A DNA stretch of 36,821 nt, taken from IMG/VR virus record IMGVR_UViG_3300045972_000070, positions 1-36,821 of that record; one strand, 5' to 3'. This document shows, piece after piece, positions 1-7,602 of the stretch; position 1 is the stretch's first letter; every line of letters starts with the position of its first letter. Below the pieces are notes generated by a model that had not been told where the DNA came from, did no database searches, and worked only from the letters and a program-made list of their open reading frames with translations. The position numbers were made by a program, and so were the translations under genes. The stretch comes from a virus.

Positions 1-127
1 TTACATTTACGGCGGAACTTCAAGCGTGAGTTTGGACACAAACAGTCAACCAATAACACTTACAATGTATTTTTCTTTTCAGAGTGGAGCGCTCACACGT
101 TCGGTGTGGCTACGAAATAGTGCTATC
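1..127. repeat. Left copy of the 127-bp terminal overlap, identical to 36695-36821. It shows the contig is circular or terminally redundant.
   Basis: Base-by-base comparison: ttacatttacggcggaacttcaagcgtgag...cgaaatagtgctatc occurs at both ends. Confidence 0.95.
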
Positions 128-3100
128 AGTTGCAACAGTTTTAATGTTTCGGGTAATACTAATTTGACCTTTGACGCAGGGACTTCAACAATCACAACAA
201 AGAATTTTTATTTACCACAAACAGGATTAACACTTTATAATCTTGTTGTGAACGCAAATACTTCAAGCACGTTTGACAGCGCAATGAGTATTGCAAATAA
301 TTTGACATTGAACGGCGACCCAACACAGCAAACGACATTCCTTGTGACTGTTTCTTTGACAGTTGTGGGAACTTTGACGATTGCAGGGACAGCAACAAAA
401 CGGGTTAAACTTTGCAACAAATATAATACGGGGTCGTCAGTAAACGTGTCGTCGGGAGCGGTTGTGGCTTCATATGCAAATTTCAACGACATCAACGCAT
501 TAGGATTGGCCAATTGGAACTTGGCAGGCATTACGGGGGGCAGTGGGGATTGTGGAGGCAACACGGGCATTACATTCACAGCGCCAACATCACAACATTG
601 GATAAGCGCAAGCGGAGGCAACACGTCGGACGTGACAAAATGGACATCACGAGTGCCGTTGCCACAAGACGACATTTATTTTGATTGTGCTTTTGGGACT
701 GCGCAGACAATCAATTTTGATATTACAGATATTGGGCGCAACATTGATTTTACGGGAGCAACTTGGACAACTTCACTTACAACGAGTTTGACTGGTGGGT
801 CAATTTTCGGGTCGCTTACTCTTATTGCGGGATTGACTTGGGGAGTGGACGGAAATTACTTTCTTTTTAGAGGACGAGGAAACCACACAATAAACATTAA
901 CGGAGCAACATTTGACCGAAGCATAAACATTTGCGAGGGCGGGACATATTCATTGAGTGGAAACAGCGTGCTATCAACAGGCAGGACGATTTACGTGAAC
1001 TACGGACGATTACACACTTACAACGGGACAACTCAATATAATTTGACTGCATACCAAATAAACGCAAATAGTGGAGCGACACAAGGATACGTTGACTTTG
1101 GGCAAGGAACGCACACGCTCACAGCGACACAGGGACTTTCACCGTCGGGAGTGGGGAACATTATTGCAGACCAAGCGACATTGAAATTTACTTATCAAGG
1201 GACAGGGACATTAACATTCAATGGGGCAGGACGCACTTACAAAAAAGTTTGGTTTACCCGAGGCGCATTGGTTGGAACAACGATTATTACTGGGTCAAAT
1301 ACGTTTGAAACTTTGAAATTTGATACAACAGTTGGGAACGTGTTGGCTTTTTACAGATTGACAACGCAGACAATGAAATTTTTTGATGTAAAAGGAACGG
1401 CGGGAAACCTTGTCACGTTGACTTCGGACAACACACAAAATTGGTACTTGGTTTATAGCGGGTTGGATATGATACGTGGTTGTGATTATTTGAACATTCA
1501 ATACTGCATAGCGACACCTGCAAGCCCAACAGACACGTGGTATGCAGGAACGCACAGCGTAAATAATCAGGCCGTTGCACCTGCGGGAAGCGGTTGGGTA
1601 TTTACGGACGCACCACCGCTCGTTCCCGCAAGAACAGCAAAAAAAAAGAGTTATTTGTACAAGATTTACAGCAACACGGGTACATTTATTACCTCTTGGG
1701 CGGACGTAGTTTCATTGCCAAATTTTTCAACGATTATAAACGGGAGTTTGTCAGAAATGCAAGTGACTTTGGCAAGAGGTGTCACCGCTTTTGGAGAGGG
1801 CGTTGATATACGATACGGAAACATTGTGAAACTTTATTGTGTGGACGGCGACGCATTGGACGGAGTTTTGATTTACACGGGATTTATTGCGAGTTATGAG
1901 CCAGTAATTGACGGGGCAAAAGAAACCATTGAAGTATCTTTGGCGGGTTTTTGGTGGGAATTAAACCGATATTTATTTGAAGGAAATGGAAGTGGGATTG
2001 ACAGTTTGATTTACGGGAATGGATATGGGGCAAACGCTTGCGCACAAATGACCGCAGACAACGCACCAAGTCCAAACATAGTTTCGGCAAGCAGTAGTTT
2101 CACGGGTTGGGCGCCGTGGAGAGTTTTCAACAGGACTATAAACAACACGACTGTTGATGGGTGGTTTACTGCTTCGGGAAATACGACGGGTTGGATACAA
2201 TACAATTTTGGAGCAGGAAACGCAAAAGTAATTGGTGGATATTCAATAATTGGGATACAGGCCGATAGAACAGGCGTGGACAATGATATGGAGGTTGCCA
2301 AGGACTGGACACTACAAGGAAGCAACGACGGAGCAACTTGGACAATTTTGGATACACAAACAAATCAAAACGGGTGGAAAGTTGGAGCGAAAAATTATTA
2401 TTATTTTGAAAACCAAACAGCATACCAGTATTGGAGATTAAACATCACGGCAAACAATGGAAGCGCCGTTATTGTTGGGGTTGCTGAAATTGAACTTTTA
2501 CCAAGTTTGCCATTTTCAAGAACTGGGACAACAACCATAAAATACTTGTCACAAGACCCGAGCAATATATTAAAAGATATGTTGGACAAATATGTGGCGC
2601 AAGGAGGCACACCAACATACGGAGCAGGGACAGTTGATTTGACGGCCACAGTTGTTTCTTACATTTTCAACACCAACACAGTGCAGGAAGCGTTGCAAAA
2701 GATTATTGAACTTTGCCCGCAGGATTGGTACTTTTACCTTGGAGCAGATAATAAAATTTACTTGAAGCCAAAGAGCGCAAATACAACGCACAAATTCCAC
2801 ATTGGACGAAACGTAAGTTATTACAGGCAGGAAAAGAGATTGGAAAACATTGTAAATTATATTTACTTTAAGGGAGCGAATTTTTATAAAAAGTATTCAA
2901 ATTCAGGAAGTGTCACAGCATACGGACGATACAGCCAAAAGATTGTGGACGAGCGAGTGACCGACACGGCAACGGCGGACATTATGGCAAGCACGATTTT
3001 GAACAAAATGAACAGTCCCGAAATTAGAATTACAATTAGGGTCACGGACAACGCATTGGCAGACGGGACAGGATACGACATTGAAAGCATTAAGGTCGGC

Positions 3101-3358
3101 GACACTTGCAAGATTTTCAACGCAACGTCAAAAGGGGAAAACCTTTGGGACACGATACAATGGGACATTGATAGTTGGGATTACGAAATTACAAACACGG
3201 CGGGAACAGTTTTGCAGATACAGAAAATAACTTACAATTCCGATTTTGTTGAGTTGGAAATTTCAAACAGACAACCCGACATTAGCAAGAGAATTGAGGA
3301 CATCAACAGAAACTTGGTTGATACACAGACAGCAAATAATCCAGTAATACCACAATAA
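2..3358 (+). CDS. Remainder of the Tal-like tail-tip protein (1,177 aa in total). It has a beta-helix-like N-terminal module, a Tal-type core and an inserted discoidin/F5-8 type C-like domain.
   Basis: The frame is continuous with 36519. A second W..SGG motif is present (QHWISASGGNTSDVTKWTS), with T/N/G-rich strand repeats up to about nt 1630. From KKSYLYKIYSNTGTFITSW onward it resembles siphovirus Tal N-domains. The region around 2051-2500 (WRVFN..GWIQYNFG..YQYWRLNIT..VAEIEL) is galactose-binding-like. It lies directly after Dit. Confidence 0.75.
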   Translation, partial: YIYGGTSSVSLDTNSQPITLTMYFSFQSGALTRSVWLRNSAISCNSFNVSGNTNLTFDAGTSTITTKNFYLPQTGLTLYNLVVNANTSSTFDSAMSIANNLTLNGDPTQQTTFLVTVSLTVVGTLTIAGTATKRVKLCNKYNTGSSVNVSSGAVVASYANFNDINALGLANWNLAGITGGSGDCGGNTGITFTAPTSQHWISASGGNTSDVTKWTSRVPLPQDDIYFDCAFGTAQTINFDITDIGRNIDFTGATWTTSLTTSLTGGSIFGSLTLIAGLTWGVDGNYFLFRGRGNHTININGATFDRSINICEGGTYSLSGNSVLSTGRTIYVNYGRLHTYNGTTQYNLTAYQINANSGATQGYVDFGQGTHTLTATQGLSPSGVGNIIADQATLKFTYQGTGTLTFNGAGRTYKKVWFTRGALVGTTIITGSNTFETLKFDTTVGNVLAFYRLTTQTMKFFDVKGTAGNLVTLTSDNTQNWYLVYSGLDMIRGCDYLNIQYCIATPASPTDTWYAGTHSVNNQAVAPAGSGWVFTDAPPLVPARTAKKKSYLYKIYSNTGTFITSWADVVSLPNFSTIINGSLSEMQVTLARGVTAFGEGVDIRYGNIVKLYCVDGDALDGVLIYTGFIASYEPVIDGAKETIEVSLAGFWWELNRYLFEGNGSGIDSLIYGNGYGANACAQMTADNAPSPNIVSASSSFTGWAPWRVFNRTINNTTVDGWFTASGNTTGWIQYNFGAGNAKVIGGYSIIGIQADRTGVDNDMEVAKDWTLQGSNDGATWTILDTQTNQNGWKVGAKNYYYFENQTAYQYWRLNITANNGSAVIVGVAEIELLPSLPFSRTGTTTIKYLSQDPSNILKDMLDKYVAQGGTPTYGAGTVDLTATVVSYIFNTNTVQEALQKIIELCPQDWYFYLGADNKIYLKPKSANTTHKFHIGRNVSYYRQEKRLENIVNYIYFKGANFYKKYSNSGSVTAYGRYSQKIVDERVTDTATADIMASTILNKMNSPEIRITIRVTDNALADGTGYDIESIKVGDTCKIFNATSKGENLWDTIQWDIDSWDYEITNTAGTVLQIQKITYNSDFVELEISNRQPDISKRIEDINRNLVDTQTANNPVIPQ
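1639..1647 (+). other. A9 homopolymer (GCA AAA AAA AAG) at the junction between the beta-helix module and the Tal module.
   Basis: Nine A counted at 1639-1647. It contains the heptamer A_AAA_AAG in the zero frame. Confidence 0.9.
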
Positions 3359-3359
3359 T

Positions 3360-3914
3360 ATGTTGGGAAATTGTAGCAATTGCGGGACGCAAATAATGGA
3401 CTTCAACAAGAGAGGACACGACAGGATAATGACAAATTATCGTGACCATATTGTAGGCCTTTCAAATGGGACTATTATGCGTGTTGGAGTTTGCGAAAAT
3501 TGCAAGGAGTTGCTTGTTTCAGGCGAGGACGTTTTAAAAACTGCCAAGAACATTTTGAAAAAACAAAAAAAGTATTGGGACAGCGACGACCACGCACCGA
3601 TTGGATATGAAAGTTTTGAGATTACAGACCCGAACACCAACGAGGAAAAACACGCAGAGGAAAAACAGCACGAACATTTTAAGCAGACAGACCAGTTGGA
3701 GCGACAAAAAAAGAATTACGAGGAACAGCACGAAAAAACAATGGAGCGAATGGAACTAAAAGAAAAGAGGCGACAAGAAAAACAAGCGGAAAAAGAGGAA
3801 AAGGAAAAAGAAAAAATGGAAACATCAAGAGTTAGGGAAGCAAAAAAAATAAAAGAGGCGCAGGCCAAACAAAATGACCTCCCGTTAAATCTTAATAACG
3901 ACTTACCATTATGA
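3360..3914 (+). CDS. Hypothetical protein with an N-terminal zinc ribbon and an extremely Lys/Glu-rich C-terminal half.
   Basis: It has CSNCGT...CENCKE, followed by EEKQHEHFKQTDQLERQKKNYEEQHEKTMERMELKEKRRQEKQAEKEEKEKEK. It is tightly packed between neighbours and has an ATGA overlap with the next gene. Confidence 0.7.
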   Translation: MLGNCSNCGTQIMDFNKRGHDRIMTNYRDHIVGLSNGTIMRVGVCENCKELLVSGEDVLKTAKNILKKQKKYWDSDDHAPIGYESFEITDPNTNEEKHAEEKQHEHFKQTDQLERQKKNYEEQHEKTMERMELKEKRRQEKQAEKEEKEKEKMETSRVREAKKIKEAQAKQNDLPLNLNNDLPL

Positions 3915-4477
3915 GTAGTTGGGCAAGCATTACATATACGTTTTCTGCCTCCACTATTGCGAGAGCAAGTGAGGTAAACCAAAATTTTACGGACGCAGTT
4001 TCAAACATCAATAAGGCAATGCCAAGTGGTGGAATTATTATGTGGGCGTATGCAATCAACCTTATTCCTAGTGGTTGGTATTTATGTGACGGGACAAATG
4101 GAACGCCAAACCTTGTGGGGCGCTTTATACAAGGAGCGGGAGCGGGTTATGCAGTAGGAACAATTGGCGGAAACGCACTTTCCTCGCATTCGCACACTTA
4201 CGACCACGTCCACTATGACGACCATTGCCACGTAGGAACAACGGACAATTGTAGCGACGGGTCAGACCGAAACAAAACCGATTCGCATACATTGATGAAT
4301 ACGGCTTCACGTGACCACAATCACCCATTCACAACAGTCACAAAAAGTGGGACGGGATACGGCGGAAATACTGCTTCACTAAACGCAACATACGGGTACG
4401 GGGTGACAACAAGTGACAGTAGTAATCAAGAAAATAGACCGCCATTTTATACATTGGCTTTTATAATGAAATCATAA
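3911..4477 (+). CDS. Tail fibre protein related to the phage tail-collar / MdpB family.
   Basis: ASEVNQNF...PSGWYLCDGTNGTPNLVGRFIQGAG...HSHTYDH...NRPPFYTLAFIMK matches the tail-collar family pattern. Confidence 0.7.
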   Translation: MSSWASITYTFSASTIARASEVNQNFTDAVSNINKAMPSGGIIMWAYAINLIPSGWYLCDGTNGTPNLVGRFIQGAGAGYAVGTIGGNALSSHSHTYDHVHYDDHCHVGTTDNCSDGSDRNKTDSHTLMNTASRDHNHPFTTVTKSGTGYGGNTASLNATYGYGVTTSDSSNQENRPPFYTLAFIMKS

Positions 4478-5079
4478 TGATACCATATTCTTTTGTACCG
4501 CAAACAGTAATACGAAGCGCAGAGGTAAATGCAAATTTTGCCGTTTTAAGTGCGAGTGGAATTATACAAATGTATGGGGGCGACGTTGCCCCAACGGGTT
4601 GGCTTTTATGCGACGGGACAAATTATTTGCGAGCGAGTTATACGGATTTATTTGCGGTCATTGGCTCAAAGTTTGGGAGCGTTGACGGGACGCATTTTAA
4701 TGTTCCTGATTTTCGTGGGAGGGTTGGAGTAGGAAAAGACGGGACGACAGCATTTTTGATTATTGGAACTGCGGGTGGAGAAAAAACCCACCAACTAACA
4801 ACAGCCGAAACTCCGTCACACAACCACGGGTCAAGGGGTGGGTACGGAAGTTTTACAATGCACGGACAAAGTTTTGCCACAACTATTGCGGGATACAGTG
4901 GAATTTTTGGAGTGACAAACGCAAATACAGGATACCATTCAAACTCAACGACTGCGGGCGCAACATCATACGGAGGTATTACGATTGATACAACCCATAC
5001 CCACGATACAGTCGGGTCAGACGGGGGACACAATAACTTGCAACCCTATTTGACTATAAATTACATCATAAAAATATAA
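4477..5079 (+). CDS. Tail fibre protein with a phage tail-collar domain; paralog of 3911-4477.
   Basis: SAEVNANF...PTGWLLCDGTNYLRASYTDLFAVIGSKFGSVDGTHFNVPDFRGRVGVG...TPSHNH...NLQPYLTINYIIK. Confidence 0.8.
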   Translation: MIPYSFVPQTVIRSAEVNANFAVLSASGIIQMYGGDVAPTGWLLCDGTNYLRASYTDLFAVIGSKFGSVDGTHFNVPDFRGRVGVGKDGTTAFLIIGTAGGEKTHQLTTAETPSHNHGSRGGYGSFTMHGQSFATTIAGYSGIFGVTNANTGYHSNSTTAGATSYGGITIDTTHTHDTVGSDGGHNNLQPYLTINYIIKI

Positions 5080-5258
5080 TGGAAAAAGACACTATAAAAG
5101 ACATAAGATTGGCAATCCTAGAACACGAAAAAGCAGACCGAGAGGAAGCCGACAACCGATACGCATTGAAGCAGGTTGAGAAACTCGCTTATGGCATAGT
5201 GTGGGTTATTTTAGGCGCAGTTGTTTTGGCAGTAATTAAAACAGTTTTAATAAAATAA
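5079..5258 (+). CDS. Small (59 aa) tail-anchored membrane protein. It is below the size cutoff of the ORF track.
   Basis: The ATG overlaps the preceding TAA (TAATG). Translation is MEKDTIKDIRLAILEHEKADREEADNRYALKQVEKLAYGIVWVILGAVVLAVIKTVLIK. It exactly fills the gap to the next ATG at 5260. Confidence 0.5.
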   Translation: MEKDTIKDIRLAILEHEKADREEADNRYALKQVEKLAYGIVWVILGAVVLAVIKTVLIK

Positions 5259-5259
5259 T

Positions 5260-5796
5260 ATGGTGAACCCGCATTTAAAATTTAAGTTGGCGAAAATAGC
5301 ATTATTTTTTAGCGCAGGATTTTTGGCACTTTGCGCTTATTGGCTTTTGTATCCTTACAAGGTTTTGGAATTTAAAAACAACCCCGCACAAGTTTTGCAG
5401 GAAAACGTGGAAGCAGGGCAAATGGTCACTTATATGTCAGAGTTTTGCAGGTACACGGACTTGCCTGCGATTGTGACAAGGCAATTTATTGACGGAGTAA
5501 TTTACACCACGCCAAGCGAGAACACAACGGACACGATACGTTGCGGGACACGGACGCAATTGGTGCGAGTACCGCCGACACTTATGCCCGACAGATACCA
5601 CATTAAAGTTGTTGTGCAAATAAAGGTAAACCCGATACGAACAATGACATACGAATTTTTTACAGAGGAATTTAATGTGACGAATAAAACGATAGACAGT
5701 TTACAGCAACAAGTGAATGAGAACACCGAGCAAATTGACATCAACACGGGCAATATAAAGACCAACACGGGCAAGATAAAAAAAATTGAGGACTAA
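5260..5796 (+). CDS. Hypothetical membrane-anchored protein with one N-terminal TM segment.
   Basis: The TM segment is KIALFFSAGFLALCAYWLL. The C-terminus carries N-x-x-I heptad-like repeats (NENTEQIDINTGNIKTNTGKIKKIED). Confidence 0.65.
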   Translation: MVNPHLKFKLAKIALFFSAGFLALCAYWLLYPYKVLEFKNNPAQVLQENVEAGQMVTYMSEFCRYTDLPAIVTRQFIDGVIYTTPSENTTDTIRCGTRTQLVRVPPTLMPDRYHIKVVVQIKVNPIRTMTYEFFTEEFNVTNKTIDSLQQQVNENTEQIDINTGNIKTNTGKIKKIED

Positions 5797-5807
5797 AGGA
5801 GTTCACA

Positions 5808-5972
5808 ATGGAAACGAAATGGATTGCAAAAAAGTTAGTGCCAACAAAAGACGGAATGGGTAATTTGTGGGTTTGCGCAAGTTGCACAACGGGCGGACGT
5901 TGCACGCAAGTTCTTTCATTAAACGACGAGCCACAACCGACTTGCATTTGCAAGCCAAGGGGGGAAGTATGA
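5808..5972 (+). CDS. Small (54 aa) Cys-rich protein.
   Basis: It has one of the few strong Shine-Dalgarno sequences in the genome (AGGAG 5797-5801, 6 nt before the ATG). Translation is METKWIAKKLVPTKDGMGNLWVCASCTTGGRCTQVLSLNDEPQPTCICKPRGEV. Its stop overlaps the next ATG (ATGA). Confidence 0.5.
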   Translation: METKWIAKKLVPTKDGMGNLWVCASCTTGGRCTQVLSLNDEPQPTCICKPRGEV

Positions 5973-6154
5973 AGCCAGTAATTATTTTTTGTGTTTGCGG
6001 GCGTGTAAAAAAATTCGGGGAATGGATAATTCCAAGCCACGGACAACTCTCGGCAATGAACAATGGCACATACCAAAGGCAATACGAAACGTGTGCGCCT
6101 TGTGGACAAAAGCAGTTAATCAATAGGGAGGTATTCTCCCACAGCCTGCGCTAA
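5969..6154 (+). CDS. Small (61 aa) Cys-rich, zinc-ribbon-like protein.
   Basis: This is an internal ATG of track ORF 5867..6154, chosen because of its ATGA coupling to 5808-5972. Translation is MKPVIIFCVCGRVKKFGEW...YETCAPCGQKQ. Confidence 0.5.
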   Translation: MKPVIIFCVCGRVKKFGEWIIPSHGQLSAMNNGTYQRQYETCAPCGQKQLINREVFSHSLR

Positions 6155-6353
6155 TGCCCATACGCAAATGCGCTCACGTGAGGGTTGCACCATAGGCGAC
6201 CCAAAAGAGTTCGCACTCTCCCCAAAAGTGCTACCAAAAAAATTATGATTATAGACGCAAAATTAAAACTGAATTTGATGAGAATGAAATTGAAAGCAAA
6301 AGCGTTCAGATTAAAGTTGCGCAATAAAAATTTAAAAATAAGATTAAAAAATT

Positions 6354-7097
6354 ATGCCTAGAATAAAATTAAAATCAGGTACAATTGTTCTTTTTGTGGG
6401 AGGCGGAGGCGGGACGGACGCAAGGGAAATTGAAATACAAAGCAACGGGACAGCAATACAACAACGATACGTGGGAGATTTGACGTGGACTGATATTGTT
6501 TTATTGGCAGACCTTAAAGGAAACGACGGAGCAAAAGGAAACGACGGGAACGCAGGAAGCGCAGGTACAAACGGCACAGACGGAAAACAGATTGAATTAC
6601 AAAAAGGGATAACTTACATTCAATGGAGATTTGTGGGCGACAGCGTTTGGAATGATTTAGTTTCCTTGGCTTCACTAAAAGGGGATAAGGGCGATACGGG
6701 GAACAACGGAGCGAACGGATATACACCAGTAAAGGGCGTTGATTACTTTGACGGAGCAAAGGGCGATAAGGGCGACCAAGGAATACAAGGGGAAAAAGGA
6801 TTGGACGGAGCGGGCGCAGGATTTTCAGTCGTGACAGTTGACGCTGATACTTACAACGCAACACAGACAACAGGGGAAACGCTTTTTGATTGCATATACG
6901 GGAACGCAATAATGTTTCAATTACCAACAGCCGTGGGAAATAAAGCGAAGTTTTCAATAGTAAACAATTCGGGTTTTGATGTTATGATTATGGCGAATGG
7001 AGCGGAACATATCAATGACGACAGTTTCCTTACAATTCAATTTAAACATTCTAGCGTGATACTGTTGTCAACAGGGTCAGGCTGGAGAATACTATAA
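6354..7097 (+). CDS. Collagen-like tail fibre protein.
   Basis: Gly-X-Y runs are present (GNDGAKGNDGNAGSAGTNGTDGK; GDKGDTGNNGANG; GAKGDKGDQGIQGEKGLDGAG). They are preceded by a duplicated motif, IQQRYVGDLTWTDIVLLADLKG / IQWRFVGDSVWNDLVSLASLKG. Confidence 0.8.
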   Translation: MPRIKLKSGTIVLFVGGGGGTDAREIEIQSNGTAIQQRYVGDLTWTDIVLLADLKGNDGAKGNDGNAGSAGTNGTDGKQIELQKGITYIQWRFVGDSVWNDLVSLASLKGDKGDTGNNGANGYTPVKGVDYFDGAKGDKGDQGIQGEKGLDGAGAGFSVVTVDADTYNATQTTGETLFDCIYGNAIMFQLPTAVGNKAKFSIVNNSGFDVMIMANGAEHINDDSFLTIQFKHSSVILLSTGSGWRIL

Positions 7098-7098
7098 T

Positions 7099-7368
7099 AT
7101 GTATATGGAGCAAATCAAGGCCGAGATTACGACAGTCGGCATACAATTGAAAAAACTTCGTGACGCAATTACAAGGCCACTATGGGTTGACCCAAACAGT
7201 TCAAGAATAAAAGCCACGATTGATACAGTCACAACAGTCACAACTTGCGGAACAGTCACAACAGTCACGGGAATTACAAACATTGGAGGACACGACGCAA
7301 AGCAAGCAATGATTTACCCGCTAGATAGAGCGAACTGGGCGCAGGCAGTTAGAACTCGTATCCATTAA
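7099..7368 (+). CDS. Hypothetical structural-module protein.
   Basis: An 89-aa ORF tightly packed after the fibre gene. It contains the TVTTVTTCGTVTTVTG repeat. Confidence 0.6.
   Translation: MYMEQIKAEITTVGIQLKKLRDAITRPLWVDPNSSRIKATIDTVTTVTTCGTVTTVTGITNIGGHDAKQAMIYPLDRANWAQAVRTRIH
7225..7269 (+). repeat. Four copies of the 9-mer ACAGTCACA, arranged 2 + a 9-nt spacer + 2, inside CDS 7099-7368.
   Basis: The sequence reads acagtcaca acagtcaca acttgcgga acagtcaca acagtcacg. Confidence 0.9.
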
Positions 7369-7388
7369 AATTTTAAATAAAAAAAAGT

Positions 7389-7601
7389 ATGACCGTGAAT
7401 GAAATAATTGAGCAAGCAGAAAAAGAGGTCGCAGATTTGCAAGCAAAAATAAATGCACCGAGCGTGGTTATTTGCGAACACGTTATTTGCGAGGACTGTG
7501 CGAGAAAAGTAATTGAAAATCAAAAGGAGGTTGAACTTTTGTTTATTCAATTGCAGGAAAAAACACAACTAATTAACGACTTAAAATCAACATTACAATA
7601 A
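7389..7601 (+). CDS. Hypothetical small protein with coiled-coil character.
   Basis: A 70-aa ORF containing VICEHVICEDCARKV. It is packed between neighbours. Confidence 0.6.
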   Translation: MTVNEIIEQAEKEVADLQAKINAPSVVICEHVICEDCARKVIENQKEVELLFIQLQEKTQLINDLKSTLQ

Positions 7602-7602
7602 T

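Noticed and set aside
1594-1806. A 70-aa + strand ORF inside the Tal gene, considered as an independent gene.
   Set aside because: It is embedded in a long, well-supported ORF. It is relevant only as the -1 frame reachable from the A9 tract.
6120-6240. Possible tRNA-like or structured RNA. The features are GGGAG/CTCCC, the CTCACGTGAG palindrome, GGTTGC/GCGACC and AGAGT/ACTCT hairpins, and a ...GCTACCA end.
   Set aside because: I could not build a cloverleaf or any extended consistent structure. The stems are short (4-6 bp) and of the sort expected by chance.
6245-6361. A 38-aa highly cationic peptide ORF (MIIDAKLKLNLMRMKLKAKAFRLKLRNKNLKIRLKNYA) in the gap before the collagen-like gene.
   Set aside because: The DNA is simply A-rich and low-complexity, which automatically encodes Lys/Asn/Ile. 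There is no SD, and the ORF overlaps the next start. An amphipathic peptide cannot be excluded, but nothing supports it.
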